A stretch of 64,000 nt of DNA from an uncultured Acidimicrobiia bacterium. GTDB lineage: Bacteria; Actinomycetota; Acidimicrobiia; Spongiisociales; ZC4RG35. Location: positions 84,188-148,187 of the forward strand of contig CAWBOD010000012.1 in assembly GCA_963790345.1 (NCBI GenBank), read 5' to 3'. Below the pieces are notes generated by a model. That model worked only from the letters and a program-made list of their open reading frames with translations, had not been told where the DNA came from and ran no database searches. The position numbers were made by a program, and so were the translations under genes. Shown here piece after piece: positions 29,436 through 41,370 of this stretch (position 1 is its first letter; every line of letters starts with the position of its first letter).

Positions 29436-29467
29436 TCCTGGCCGTCTGGCGTCTGGCGTCTGGCGTC
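29436..29467 (-). repeat. (GCCAGAC)n heptamer array (3 perfect units plus 1 degenerate), sense orientation for the minus-strand operon
   Basis: The + strand reads cctggccg tctggcg tctggcg tctggcg tct. It lies between the stop of gene 29502..30122 and the SD of the next gene. Confidence 0.9.
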
Positions 29468-29501
29468 TCATCGTTCGCGGCCCTTCACCTCCCGAGTAAG
29501 G

Positions 29502-30122
29502 CCTAAACGACGTCCTGACATGCCTCGACCCAGGCGAGGTTGTCAGCATCCTCGAGGCGCCGGTAGCGCTCCGCCAGATTGGTGAGGATCCGGTTCAGGA
29601 TCACCGAGGTTCCCACCGGGGTCAGCCAGGCGGGTTCCAGCCGGGGCTTTCCTCCCATGGACTCGGCCACTAGGCTGGCGGCTTCGTCGGACTCCGATCG
29701 CTTCGCCGAAGTGGAAAGGATCCACCAGTTGGCCTCCGGCGAAGACCAGGAAATGACCGGGAAGGCTCACACCGTCCATCTCGATCCCGGCCCTTCGACC
29801 GACCTCGATCCAAATGGCCGAGACGATGATCGGAAGCCCGCGCCGGCTGTCGAGAACCTTGTGGAGAAATCCGTTTTCGATCTTGTCGTAATCATCGGTG
29901 TTGCCGCCGATGCCCTCCCTGATCGAGATGATCCGCCTGATCGCAAGGTGGGTCGACCCGTTGACGTCGGCGGCCATCCGATCGAGACGGCCGAGATAGT
30001 CGAACCCGTCGAGGTCGGGATCGATGAAGGTCCCCAGAAGCAAGCACGCCTCGGCCAGCCGATCGGAGGCCACCAGCCTGGGGAAGCCGTCGGACCCGCT
30101 GGGTGATGCCGGCCGAAACCAT
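29502..30122 (-). CDS. SirB1/YchA-like transglutaminase-like + TPR protein, 2 frame breaks
   Basis: LPIIVSAIWIEVGRRAGIEMDGVSLPGHFLV is the family signature. The true C-terminus, recovered in another frame (SVILNRILTNLAERYRRLEDADNLAWVEACQDVV), ends at the TAG at 29502-29504. Confidence 0.6.
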
Positions 30123-30179
30123 GTAGATGAAACTAGCCGACGACTGGGTCCGATTCGGTTTTACGCCCCGCCTGTCTGT

Positions 30180-31065
30180 TCAGTTCCCGAACCCCAGCCG
30201 GTCCAGGGTCTCGGGTCGACGTTGCCAGTCCGGCTCCACTTTCACCCGCAGGTCGAGATGGAGGCGGGTGGCGAGCATGGCTTCCAGTTCGGCTCGTGCT
30301 TCGCTTCCGGCTTCACCGAGCATCTCGCCGTGCCTTGCCGATCACGATCCCCTTCTGTGAATCCCGTTCGACCAGCAAGTCGGCCGCTATCCGGACGACA
30401 TTCCCCTCGTCCTCCATCGAGGTGAGACGAACATGGAGCGAATGAGGGAGCTCGTCCCGCAGCCGACCGAGGAACTTCTCCCTGATGATCTCGGCGATGA
30501 GGGTCTCCTCCGACTGGTCGGAGGCCATATCGAGTGGGAACAGGGCCGGGCCCTCCGGAAGCCGGGAGCTCAACTCCGAAACCAACGCCTCGGTCCCATC
30601 ACCCTCGAGGGCGCTGATTGGCACGTATGCGTCGAAGTCCCAGTCGCTGGCCTTGGCCAGCTGCGGTATCACCTGGCCATGCCTGGCCCGGTCGATCTTG
30701 TTGACTGCCAGCACGACGGGCGTGCCGGCGTCGCGCCACCCTCTTGGCAATCAGACGGTCGCCGGGACCGACTGGCTGGGTGGCATCGATCACGAAACAG
30801 ATCACATCGGCCTCGGCCAGGCTGCCATAGACGAGGCGGTTGAGACGGCTCCCCAGCTCCGCCTTGGGCTTGTGCAAACCCGGGGGTATCGAGAAGAACC
30901 ATCTGCCACGAGCCATCGCCGGCGTTCACGACCCCCCGAATGACCGATCGGGTGGTCTGGGGTCGGATCGAGGTGATCGAGACCTTCTCTCCGACCAGGC
31001 GATTGACGAGGGTCGATTTGCCGACGTTGGGCCGTCCCAACCAGAGCGACGAGACCGGTCCGCAA
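30180..31065 (-). CDS. era: GTPase Era, at least 3 frame breaks
   Basis: G1 [15 protein letters not shown] and DTPG are in the frames of ORFs 30669..31040 and 30599..30916, and NKID is in 30313..30750. The KH domain, recovered in a further frame, ends at the TGA at 30180-30182. The start (TTG at 31065) is uncertain. Confidence 0.9.
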
Positions 31066-31073
31066 CGGCGGGA

Positions 31074-32276
31074 TCAGTCGCCGGTCGCGACCGGTTGGGC
31101 CGCGGCGGACGATGACTTCGGCGATCGCGGCGGCCCTGCAGCCGAACCACCTCGAAAACCAGACCGTTGATTGCGAACTCCTCACCCGGCTCCGGAACCC
31201 GCCCGGCCAGCCCCAGCACCAGCCCGCCGACCGTGTCCCATTCGTCGTCGGGCAGGTCGATCGAGAGGATGCTGCTCCAACTCGGCGACATCGGTCCGGG
31301 CATCGACGACCAACGAGCCGTCGTCGTTGGCCCAGATCAGCTGTTCCTCGGTGTCGTGCTCGTCGGTGATCTCGCCGACCAGTTCCTCGAGCAGGTCCTC
31401 GATCGAGACCAGGCCGGATATGTCGCCGAACTCGTCGATCACGACGGCGAGGTGAGCGCTTGGAGGTCTGCATCTCCCGAAGAAGGTCCGAGGCCCGCTT
31501 GGTCTCCGGCACAAAGAGAGCCGGCCGGGCGAAGTCCCCCACCTCGGTGACTTCCTGGCCGGCCGGCATGGGCTCCGAGAACGTCCTTGGTCAGCACCAC
31601 CCCGATGACGTCGCCATCGGGGCCATCGCTCAGGGGATAGCGGGAAAAGCCATGCTCGGCCGTCAATGCGGCCAGCGAGGCGACGTCGGCGTGCCGATCG
31701 ACAGTGATCATGTCGGCGCGGGGAACCATCACCTCGCGGACGATCGTGTCGGTGAACTCGAGGACGGAGTCGATCAGTTCCCGCTCCTCCTCCTCCTCCC
31801 GTTGCTGCCCGGCGATGTCGAATCGGGCTCGGCGCCGGGATCGTCCTCCGATACGAATTCGTTGGCTGCCCTCCCCCATCTGGCGGTGGTCACCAGGAGC
31901 GGAGCCAGGCGGTAGGCGAGGGTGCGCGATCGGGCCCGACCGAATCCGCGGGCGAGATAGTCGCCGACCAGCCAGATCATGATCACCAGCGCCAGGAGCG
32001 ACACCACCAGGGCTCCGCCGGTGACTCGCCGGGTGACCAGCCAGGCGGCCGGCACGGCGGCCGTCAGCAAGCAGCACCGAATGAACCGCGTTGATCGACG
32101 GATGAATCGAATCCCGGTCCTCGAGCAGCTTGGCGATTCGAGCCGCTCCCTTGTTGCCGTCGGCCGCGTCGCGGAGTGCATCGGCTCGCGGTGTGCGTAG
32201 CGCCGAGGTGAGACCGGCCCGGAGCGCCGCCGCCAGGGCCAGTGCCGCCAACGAGATCGACCAAGCCGAGGATCAT
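31074..32276 (-). CDS. DUF21-CBS-CorC/HlyC hemolysin-like membrane protein, at least 7 frame breaks
   Basis: The ATG at 32276 has SD ggaaggag upstream. TM/DUF21 pieces lie in ORFs 31439..32251 and 31774..32463. The CBS pair is present ([15 protein letters not shown] ... [29 protein letters not shown]), as is the CorC_HlyC end ([21 protein letters not shown]). Confidence 0.85.
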
Positions 32277-32745
32277 CGCCTGGCTCCTTCCCTGGCTGGC
32301 GAGGATGTCCCTCTCCCGGTTTTCCATCAGTTCGGCATCGGCATCGTCCTCGATGGTCGTAGCCAAGCAAGTGGAGGATCCCGTGGGCGACCATCAGGGC
32401 GATCTCATCGTCGACTCGCCATCCCGTTCTGATCGGCCTGGCGGCGCACGTAGTCGGGGGCAATGACGACGTCGCCGATCAACAGCGGCGGACCGTCCGG
32501 CGATCGAGGCGGGGACGCTCGCCGGGTCGCAAGGTCTCGACCGGGAATGACAGGACATCGGTGGGGCCGCTCTTGCCCAGGGCGCGCGAGTTCCACGAAG
32601 CCATCTCGTCGTCGTCAACGAGGGTTATCGAAACCTCAGCCTCGGCTGGAAAGCCCTCGGCAGAAAGCACGGCCTCGGCGAGCCTGCGTAAGTGCTCGGG
32701 GTCGACCCCGGACGAGGGATGTTCGTCGGAGACCAGCACGGTCAT
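32273..32745 (-). CDS. ybeY: rRNA maturation endoribonuclease YbeY, about 2 frame breaks
   Basis: ORF 32479..32745 (SITLVDDDEMASWNSRALGKSGPTDVLSFP). The catalytic H-box (IALMVAHGILHLLGYDH) is in the frame of ORF 31774..32463. Confidence 0.88.
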
Positions 32746-32763
32746 CGGTCGACCATCACTGCC

Positions 32764-35320
32764 TCAGGACCCCGGGAAGTTCGGATAAGCGATCCGCTGG
32801 TGATAGTGACCGACCAGGGCTTCGAGAAAGGCCCGGCGGGCCTTGGTCAATTGGGCCAGGGTCAGGGCGCTCTCCGAAAGCTGGCCGTCGTTTACCTTCT
32901 CGTCGACCACCCGATTGACCACCTTGTCGATCGCCTCGGCGGTCGGTTCCTCGTCGCGGAAGACGGCCCGGCAGGCCGCTTCGAGGGAGTCGGCCAGCAT
33001 GACGATCGCCATCTCGGCCGTCCTGGGCTTGTGGCCGATGTGGCGAAAGTCATTGGGATCGACTTCCTCGTCGCCGCTCGCCTGACGCGCCTTCTCGTAG
33101 AAGTAGCGCATGATCCCGTCGCCATGATGGGTCACGATCCCCTCGGCCACCTGGGTCGGGATCTTGTACTTGCGGGCCAGTTCGATGCCATCGGTCACAT
33201 GGCGGCGGATCATCTCGACCGACTGCCTAGGGTCGAGGTCGTCGTGCGGGTTCTGGGCCCCGAACTGGTTCTCGATGAAGTAGGTGGGGTTCTGGGTCTT
33301 GCCGAGATCGTGGTAGTAGGCCGCGGCCCGGGCCAGGAGGGGGTCGGCCCCCACTGCCCTGGCGGCGGCATCGGCCAGGGTCCCCACCATCAGGGAATGG
33401 TTGAACGATCCGAACGCCTTCTCCTGGAGAAGGACCAGGGCGTCATGATTTCGATCCGTCAACTCGAGCAGGCGGAGGCTGGTCGTGATGTCGAAAGCGG
33501 TCTCGAGGAACTGGAGCGCCGCCAGACCGAGGAGCGCAGTCAAGAAGCGACACGCCCAGCGCCAGCGCCGGCCGACTGTCCGACCGAGAGGGCAGCCGCC
33601 GACCAGCTCTCTTGATCGGCGTTGGTGTGGAAGAACCATGCGACTGCCCCGGCGATGCCGGCCGCCGCCACCGAGGACGCCAGGACCGCCTTGCGATACG
33701 AGCCCCGCGATGACAGCGACGAAACGAATCCGACCGGGACCATCGCCGACAAGAGGCCGTAGGTGACAACACCCGGGTCTCTGGTTCCGGTGGCGGCGAG
33801 CACCGCGATCACGAGGGCCATGAGGGCCGCCACCCGGGCAGTCGAAGAGGACCGCGGCCATCAGCCCGAACACAACCCCGGGAAGGACATACCAGGCGGT
33901 CGGAGCCCCGACCCCCTCCTGGATCTCGATCGTGAGCCGGACCGCCCCGGCGGCCAGGACGACCAGGAGCCCGAGCAGGGCCGCCATCCGGGGACGAGCC
34001 CAGAAGTCCTGCCGGAACCGGGCCAGATAGAAGCCGAGGCAGGCGACCATCGCGGCCAACACCGCCAGCAGCCCTCCCGATTGACTTCCCTGCGATCGCC
34101 GACACTGCCCCGGTCTGCGAAGATCGCGTCGATCTCGAGGTCACTCAATTCGGTGCCCTGGCGGGCGATTATCTGGCCGGTCTGATACGAGACCTCGACC
34201 GGGTCGACTTCTGCCCGGGCGTCGTCGCGGGCAGCCTCGGTCGCCTGCGGGTCGAGGACGTAGTTGGCCCGAATCGCCCAGTAGGCGAGGTCGGCGGCCA
34301 CCGAACGAGCGGTCGCATCCGGCACACCCCCGATGACGACGATGGGCGGCTGGGTGAGGAAGTCGTCCCGCACCTCGGTTGAGGTTTTCGTTGGTCACCC
34401 GACTATCGAAGGCGGATTGGAGCTTGTTGGTGGCAGCATCGATCGACCAGGCCCACGACCGGCAGCTTCGCCCAGCGCCTGCCGGACGACGTCCTCGGTC
34501 GCATAGAAGGCGAGGTTCTGGAGGGTCGCCGGCTCGAGGCCGGGAAAGGCCGTTTGCAGATCGGCGACCTGCGCCTCCTGCGACCGCACGGCGGGCCGGA
34601 ACCCGACCGGGACCGCTTCGCAGGCGTCCTCGACGCATTCGAACTGCTGCAGGATGTTCGACGTCGACAGGGTCAGGTAACGAGGGAAGTCGGGGTCGGA
34701 CGGATCCACGGCGACGCTCACAGAGGCCGGGGTTCACCTGGGCGGTCCAGGTTCCGTCGGTCTGGGTCTCGGTGATCCCGACCCGGTTTCCCAGCGAGTC
34801 GTAGAGATAGAGGGTCATGGATCTCAGCCCCTGATCGGCCCGGCGACCTTCGGCGGTCTCGGTGAACACGCCGTCGCTGTCGACGTCGAGATAGACCCGG
34901 CCCGCTGGCGGACAGCATGACGGCCGGGGCGGTGGTGGTGACATCCTCGGTGGCCTGCGGTAGTGTCGGTCGTCGCCGGCACAAGGTCGGGTTCGTCCAA
35001 CACCGGGACACTGAGCAGTCTCGTCGATCGCGACCTCGGTGACGGCGGCCAGCAGTTCGTTGAGTTGGCGAACGCGGCGTTCTCAGCATTGGCGTCCTGG
35101 CGCAGCACGTCCTCGACCGCGGCCGCCGCCTCTTCCTCGGAGCATTTCGGTCTCGACCTGATCCACGACGGTGTTGGCATAGCGAGCCTCGTAGTCGCGG
35201 CTGGCGATCTGCCCGCTGCAAAGGCCGGTCGTTCTCCGATCCCCCCAGCGACAACAGGCCCCAGGCCCCGACCACGGTGGCCAGGAAGATGAAGAACCGG
35301 ACGACGTTGAGGCGCTTCAT
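32764..35320 (-). CDS. 7TM-receptor HD/HDIG phosphohydrolase (YqfF/PgpH-like), at least 4 frame breaks
   Basis: ORF 32764..34062 carries the TM bundle and HD domain ([11 protein letters not shown] ... AAYYHDLGK ... IVTHHGDG). The N-terminal anchor is [23 protein letters not shown] (ATG at 35320). The ectodomain pieces are in ORFs 33861..34373, 34141..34944 and 34395..34721. Confidence 0.85.
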
Positions 35321-36296
35321 CGAGGGATCCGCGTCGAAATGGGCGTAGGCATCGACGATCGCTGCAACTATTCGATGCCGAACCACGTCTTTGCTGGTCA
35401 AGTCAATGAAAGAGACGCCTGGGATGCTCTTGAGGATCCGTCGAACCGTCTCCAGGCCGGAGGGACGCTGGGCGGGCAGGTCGGTCTGGGTCACGTCCCC
35501 GGTGATGATCATCTTGGAGTTGAAGCCCAGTCTGGTCAGGAACATCTTCATCTGTTCAGGGGAGGTGTTCTGGGCTTCGTCGAGGATCACGCAGGCATCG
35601 TTGAGGGTCCGCCCCCGCATGTAGGCGAGGGGCGCTATCTCGATCGTCCCCCGCTCGGTCAGCCGAGCGGTCTCCTCCGGCCCGAGCATGTCCCACAAGG
35701 CGTCGTAGAGGGGCCGCAGGTAGGGATCGATCTTGGCGAAGAGGTCGCCGGGCAGATAGCCGAGCCGCTCCCCGGCCTCGACCGCCGGGCGGGTGAGGAT
35801 GATCCGTCGAACCGCTCCGGCCGTGAGCGACTTCAACCGCGGCCGCCATCGCCAGATAGGTCTTGCCGGTTCCGGCCGGGCCGATCCCGAAGGTGACGGT
35901 GTTGTCGCGAATCGCCTGGATGTAGCGGTGCTGGCCGTGGGTCTTGGGACGAACCAGTTTGCCTCGTCCGACGGTCAGGCCGTCGGAGAGGATGCCGGCG
36001 GGACTCGGGATCGCCTCGCGCACCATCTGGACGATCTGCTCGACCCTCTGGGTGTCGAGGGCCTGGCCTTCCTGAACCAGTAGCAGGAGCTCGTCGAGAA
36101 CCCGGCGGGCTTCTTCGACTTCGACGGCCGGGCCCGACAGCGACACTTCGTTGCCACGCGCCACCATCACCACCTGAGGGAAAGACTTTTCCACAGCCTT
36201 GAGGTGGATATCGCCCTGCCCGAGCAAGTCGAGCATCAGGTGGTTCGAGGAGACACGCAGGCGTTCTTCAACGAGGTCCGGCGTCACCGCAAACAC
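35317..36296 (-). CDS. phoH: PhoH-like ATPase, 1-2 frame breaks
   Basis: ORF 35556..36296 has the Walker [23 protein letters not shown] 34718..35836 continues with [21 protein letters not shown] ... [22 protein letters not shown]. Confidence 0.9.
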
Positions 36297-36429
36297 GCAG
36301 GTGGAGACAAGAAGGAAATACTAATGGTTGGAGCCTCGTAGACAGGCAGTGTCCGTCGAGGCCGGCTGCCGACACGCCGGCAAGAGGGCCGATCGAGCCG
36401 GTCCGCGGGGCACCGTGGCCAGCCGGTGT

Positions 36430-37237
<808 letters not shown>

Positions 37238-37356
37238 TTTCTTATTGCCCTTCTGCCCCGGCGTTCACGTTACCACGGAGAGTGGCCGGTTCGCCCAGCG
37301 AACGCTCGAGGTAACTAGACACTTACGGAGCCGGATGGTCCAGGCCCGGCTCATGG

Positions 37357-38028
37357 CTACGAAGCGAGCCCGGCAGCCACGATCGCGGCGGTCTCGACCC
37401 TGAGAACCGTGCGCCCGAGCCCCAACCGGGTCGCCCCGCTGGGGATCTTCGCCCTCGGCCCATCCGCCTTCCGGGCCGATGGCGATCGTCACCGTGCCGG
37501 CGGCCCGGAGCGGGATCGGTCCGCACCTCCTGGTCCGCAAACCACGAATTGGCGAGATCGAGCGCTGCCGATGTCGGTCCACCCGGGGACGATTTCCGGC
37601 AGCCAGCCACCCTGGCTCTGTTCCAGGGCGCCGATCGCCCAGGCCGTCGCCTTGGATAGGTCGGGGAGGCGTCCGGCGCCGAACCTGGTCTTCAGGAACG
37701 TGATCCGGCTGACTTCGAGCTCTGCCAGCTTCTCGACCATGAATCGCAATCGATCCTTGTCGTGGGGCGGAGCCACCGCGACTGTGATTGCGACGGCGGG
37801 AGGCGGCACCCGGTGCTCCTCACCCCGGACCACCGTGCCGCCGATCTCGACCTGCTCCGCAGCTCAGGCCTTCGCCCTGACCATGCTGACCGGCGCCGTC
37901 GGTGTAGGTCACCGCCGCCCCGGGACCGAGCCGCAGAACCCTTGTCAAGATGATGGGAAGAGGCCGGCGGGATCGGGACCGCGCTCGGCGGCCACGGCTG
38001 GGGCAGGAACAGGTGGGGGGTATGGCCC
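37357..38028 (-). CDS. rsmE: 16S rRNA (uracil1498-N3)-methyltransferase, at least 3 frame breaks
   Basis: GHTPHLFL (N-terminus), VAVAPPHDKDRLRFMVEKLAELEVSRITFL and TIAIGPEGGW are spread over three frames. The end, RTVLRVETAAIVAAGLAS, closes at the TAG at 37357-37359. Confidence 0.8.
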
Positions 38029-38030
38029 AC

Positions 38031-39128
38031 TTACCGGTTTCGTCGGCGCTTGCCCGCTGGTGCCGCCGGTGCGCTCGCCGCGCAGCTGGGCGAAGGTCCG
38101 GAGGGCCTCTTCCTCCTCGCGAGCTGAGCTCGGTCGGAATCTGGACGTCGGTGAGGACCAGCAGGTCGCCGCGCCCTCGCCGACCGAGGTGGGCCGTCCC
38201 CAGGCCCGGCATCCGGAAAACTGTCGAGGGCTGGGTGCCCGGGCGGGATCTCGAGAGGCTCGGTGCCGCCCTCGAGCAGCGGGATCTCGACCTTGACCCC
38301 GAGAGCGGCCTCGGCCATGCCCAACTTGAGTCGGTGGATCAGGTTGTCGCCTTCTCGGACGAAATTCCTCGCTGGGCCTGGTCCTGATCTCGACGTGAAG
38401 GTCTCCCGCGACCCCCCGGCGGCCGGGATGCTCGCCCCGTCCGGAGAGTCGCAGACGGGTGCCGTCCGAGACACCGGCGGGAATCTCGACTCGAACCTTG
38501 CGGTCGCCGGTGACGGCTCCGGCTCCCCGGCAGGCCGGGCAAGGCTCCGAGACGATCGTGCCATGACCGCAGCAGGTCGCACAGGCGCTGAGGGTCATCA
38601 TCGTCCCGAGAAGTCCACGACGGGCGACCCGCACGGCCCCGGCCCCTCCGCAGCGTCGGACAGGTGACGGGCGACGTGCCCGGAGCCGAGCCCTCACCGC
38701 CGCAGCTTTCGCACGCCAGCTTGGTGCGAAATGAGACTTCGCGTCTCTCCGCCAAAAGCCGCGCTCGCCAGGTCAACCTCGACCCCCACCAGCACGTCGC
38801 GTCCTCGGTTGGAGGCTGGCCGTCCTCCCTGAGTGTTGAAGAACCCACCATCGCCGAAAACGGAGCGAATCAGGTCATCGAGCCCGCCGAAACCTGCGAA
38901 AAGATCACCGAATTCGAGGGTCTCGCCCCGGTCATAGGAACGGCGACGGTCGGGATCGGAGAGGACCTCGTAGGCCTCGGCGATCCGCCGGAAACGCGAC
39001 TCGGCGGCGGGGTCACCGGGGTTGGCATCGGGATGATGCTCACGAGCCAGCCGCCGGAATGCACTCTTGATGTCCTCGGGCGATGCGTCCCTGGCCACGC
39101 CCAGATCGGCGTAGTAGTCCCTGGCCAT
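38031..39128 (-). CDS. dnaJ: molecular chaperone DnaJ, at least 3 frame breaks
   Basis: J domain in ORF 38694..39128 ([31 protein letters not shown]). The Cys-rich zinc-finger region and C-terminal domains are in ORFs 38339..38851, 37945..38697 and 38031..38582. Confidence 0.9.
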
Positions 39129-39138
39129 GTTCGTAAGG

Positions 39139-40161
39139 TTACGAGCCGATCCGGTCTTCTAATTCGCGGCCAACCCGCTCCACTGCCGAGATGGCGGTCT
39201 TGTAGTCCATCCGCATCGGCCCGATCACTCCCACCGAACCCTCTGATCCACCGGCCTCGTAGGTGGCCGAGACCACGGCCAGATCGACATCGTCATGCAT
39301 CGGCAGCTCGGCTCCGATCCGGATCGAAACGCCGGAGGCATGAGCCAGCAGGTTGAGAACCTCGGCCTCGCGTTCGAGCACTTCGAGCACCCGGTGCACC
39401 GAACCGAGGCTCGTGAAGACCTCCGCCATCTGTCGGGCGCCGCCCACGTGAACCTCCCCACCGACGCTGGCCGCCTTCTCGAGAACCGCCAGGACCGACT
39501 CACCCATCAGGCGGACACCGTCCGATCGCCCCGCGAACAGGTCGGCGGGGACTTCGGCTCCGCCCGGCTCCTGGCCGACGACGATGGGCATCAGGAGCCG
39601 TTCGGCCTCGGTGAGCTCATCTATTTCGACCGGATGATCCAGGCGGATGTGCTGCTGGATGACCCGGCCCCGGTCGGTGACGGCCACGACCATCGTCGCC
39701 TGAGGTCCGACGTTGACAAGGTGCATCGCCCGCACGATCTCACCCGCAGTACGGGGGCCAATGACGACCGCCGGATAATGGGTGACATCGGCCAGAAGCT
39801 GGGAAGTGGCTCTCAGGAGATTGGAAAGCTCGAGCTGCACCGACGAAAAGAACCCGGCGATGCGGGCCTGGTGAGAGGAGTGCAAGCGGCCTTTGCCGAG
39901 GTGATCAACGTAGTAGCGATAGGCCCGGGCGGTCGGGACCCGGCCGGCGGAGGTGTGCGGTTGCATGACGAATCCGTCCCGCTCGAGGGCGGCGAGGTCG
40001 TTGCGGATGGTGGCGGCCGAAAAAGCGATTCCCGTATGCTCGAGGATCGAGCGCGAACTGACCGGTTCCCCGGTCTGAATGTGGGCCTCCACGAGGGCGC
40101 GGAGGACATCCGAGCGACGTTCCTCCAACATCCCCGTCAAGTTAGCAGTCCCCCTCGCCAA
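39139..40161 (-). CDS. hrcA: heat-inducible transcription repressor HrcA
   Basis: Intact 340 aa: [27 protein letters not shown] ... [30 protein letters not shown]. An alternative start is the ATG at 40131 (MLEERR). Confidence 0.93.
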   Translation of the reverse strand: MARGTANLTGMLEERRSDVLRALVEAHIQTGEPVSSRSILEHTGIAFSAATIRNDLAALERDGFVMQPHTSAGRVPTARAYRYYVDHLGKGRLHSSHQARIAGFFSSVQLELSNLLRATSQLLADVTHYPAVVIGPRTAGEIVRAMHLVNVGPQATMVVAVTDRGRVIQQHIRLDHPVEIDELTEAERLLMPIVVGQEPGGAEVPADLFAGRSDGVRLMGESVLAVLEKAASVGGEVHVGGARQMAEVFTSLGSVHRVLEVLEREAEVLNLLAHASGVSIRIGAELPMHDDVDLAVVSATYEAGGSEGSVGVIGPMRMDYKTAISAVERVGRELEDRIGS

Positions 40162-40164
40162 CGC

Positions 40165-40191
40165 TTAGCACTCTGGAGGCGCGAGTGCTAA
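40165..40191. promoter_or_regulatory. CIRCE operator (HrcA binding site), perfect consensus
   Basis: ttagcactc-tggaggcgc-gagtgctaa equals TTAGCACTC-N9-GAGTGCTAA. It lies immediately upstream of hrcA and overlaps the hemW stop codon. Confidence 0.95.
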
Positions 40192-41370
40192 CAGGGCCCG
40201 GGCGACGTGATCGGTGAGAAGCGGCCGTTTGACCCGCAGACGGCCGCCGACCAGATCGACGACGCCGGCGGCGGCAAGCCGCTCACCTTCCTCGCTGTTC
40301 ATCAGGGCGGTGCCGGCGATCCCGGCCATTACGCCGGCGACCCTCCTGATCCCGAGGAAGACCCGCTCCACTTCGGCGGCCCAGCCCTCGATCACCTCGG
40401 AACCAGCGGTGGGCGAGTCTCCAGCTTCGATCGATGCCAGGTATCCATCGAGGAGGCGGCGATTGTGCGACCGCTTCCCGTGACGGAACCGATGGGCACC
40501 CATACCGAACGCCAGGTACTCGGCCTGGGCCCAGACGGCGAGGTGGTACCGCACGGTGTGGCCGGGCCGCGCCCAGTTGGAGACCTCGTACCGGACCAGC
40601 CCGGCCTCGGCGAGCCGCTCGCAGGCGATCTCGTAGAAGTCGGCCTGCAAGATCGGGATCCGGGGCCGGAGCCCCGGCGGCCACCGCCCGGCCCAACTCG
40701 GTGCCCGGTTCGACGGTAAGGGCGTAGCACGAGACGTGATCCGGTCCAGAGCTCGATTGCCTGGTCGAGGGTTCGGCTCCAACTATCGGACGGTTTCGCC
40801 CGGCGTTCCGAAGATCAGGTCGAGGTTGACCGATCGAAAGCCGCTGTCACGGGCTGCGGTGACCGCCGCGGCGATCTGCTCCGGGTCGGTGGCGCCGCCC
40901 CAGGAGGTCAAGCACCCGGGGTCGAAGCTTTGAGACCCAAACGAGACCCGCTCGAACCCCTGCGGCAGCCAGCTGACCGGACCAAGGCGGCGGTCCAGTC
41001 TTCCGGGTTGGCTTCGAGCGAGATCTCGGCGCCGGGCTCGATGCCGAAGCGATCGGTGAGGGCCTGGAGCAGACGGCCCGAGCAAGCGCCGGCGGGACCC
41101 GGCTCGGGGTGCCGCCTCCGACGTAGACCGAAGCCAGGGGGTCTCCCAGATCTTCTTCTCTGTCGATCTCGGTCGCCACTGCACGTCACATAGCGCTCGA
41201 TCAGATCGTCCCGACCCGATACCACCGCGAAGTCGCAATAGGGGCAGACCCGGGCACAGAAGGGAAGGTGGACATAGGCCGCCGGCCATTGCCAGGCGCG
41301 GTCGGCCAGACCAATCGAGTCGGGGGAACCGGTCTCCGCACGGGAGGTTGGCACCGCCTGCGGCGATCAC
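40165..41370 (-). CDS. hemW: radical-SAM HemW/HemN-like heme chaperone, at least 3 frame breaks
   Basis: A GTG at 41370 overlaps the lepA stop region. The radical-SAM box is [18 protein letters not shown] (frame of ORF 40908..41354). SFGSQSF is in 40783..41370, and the C-terminal HemN_C part is in ORF 40165..40782. Confidence 0.85.
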
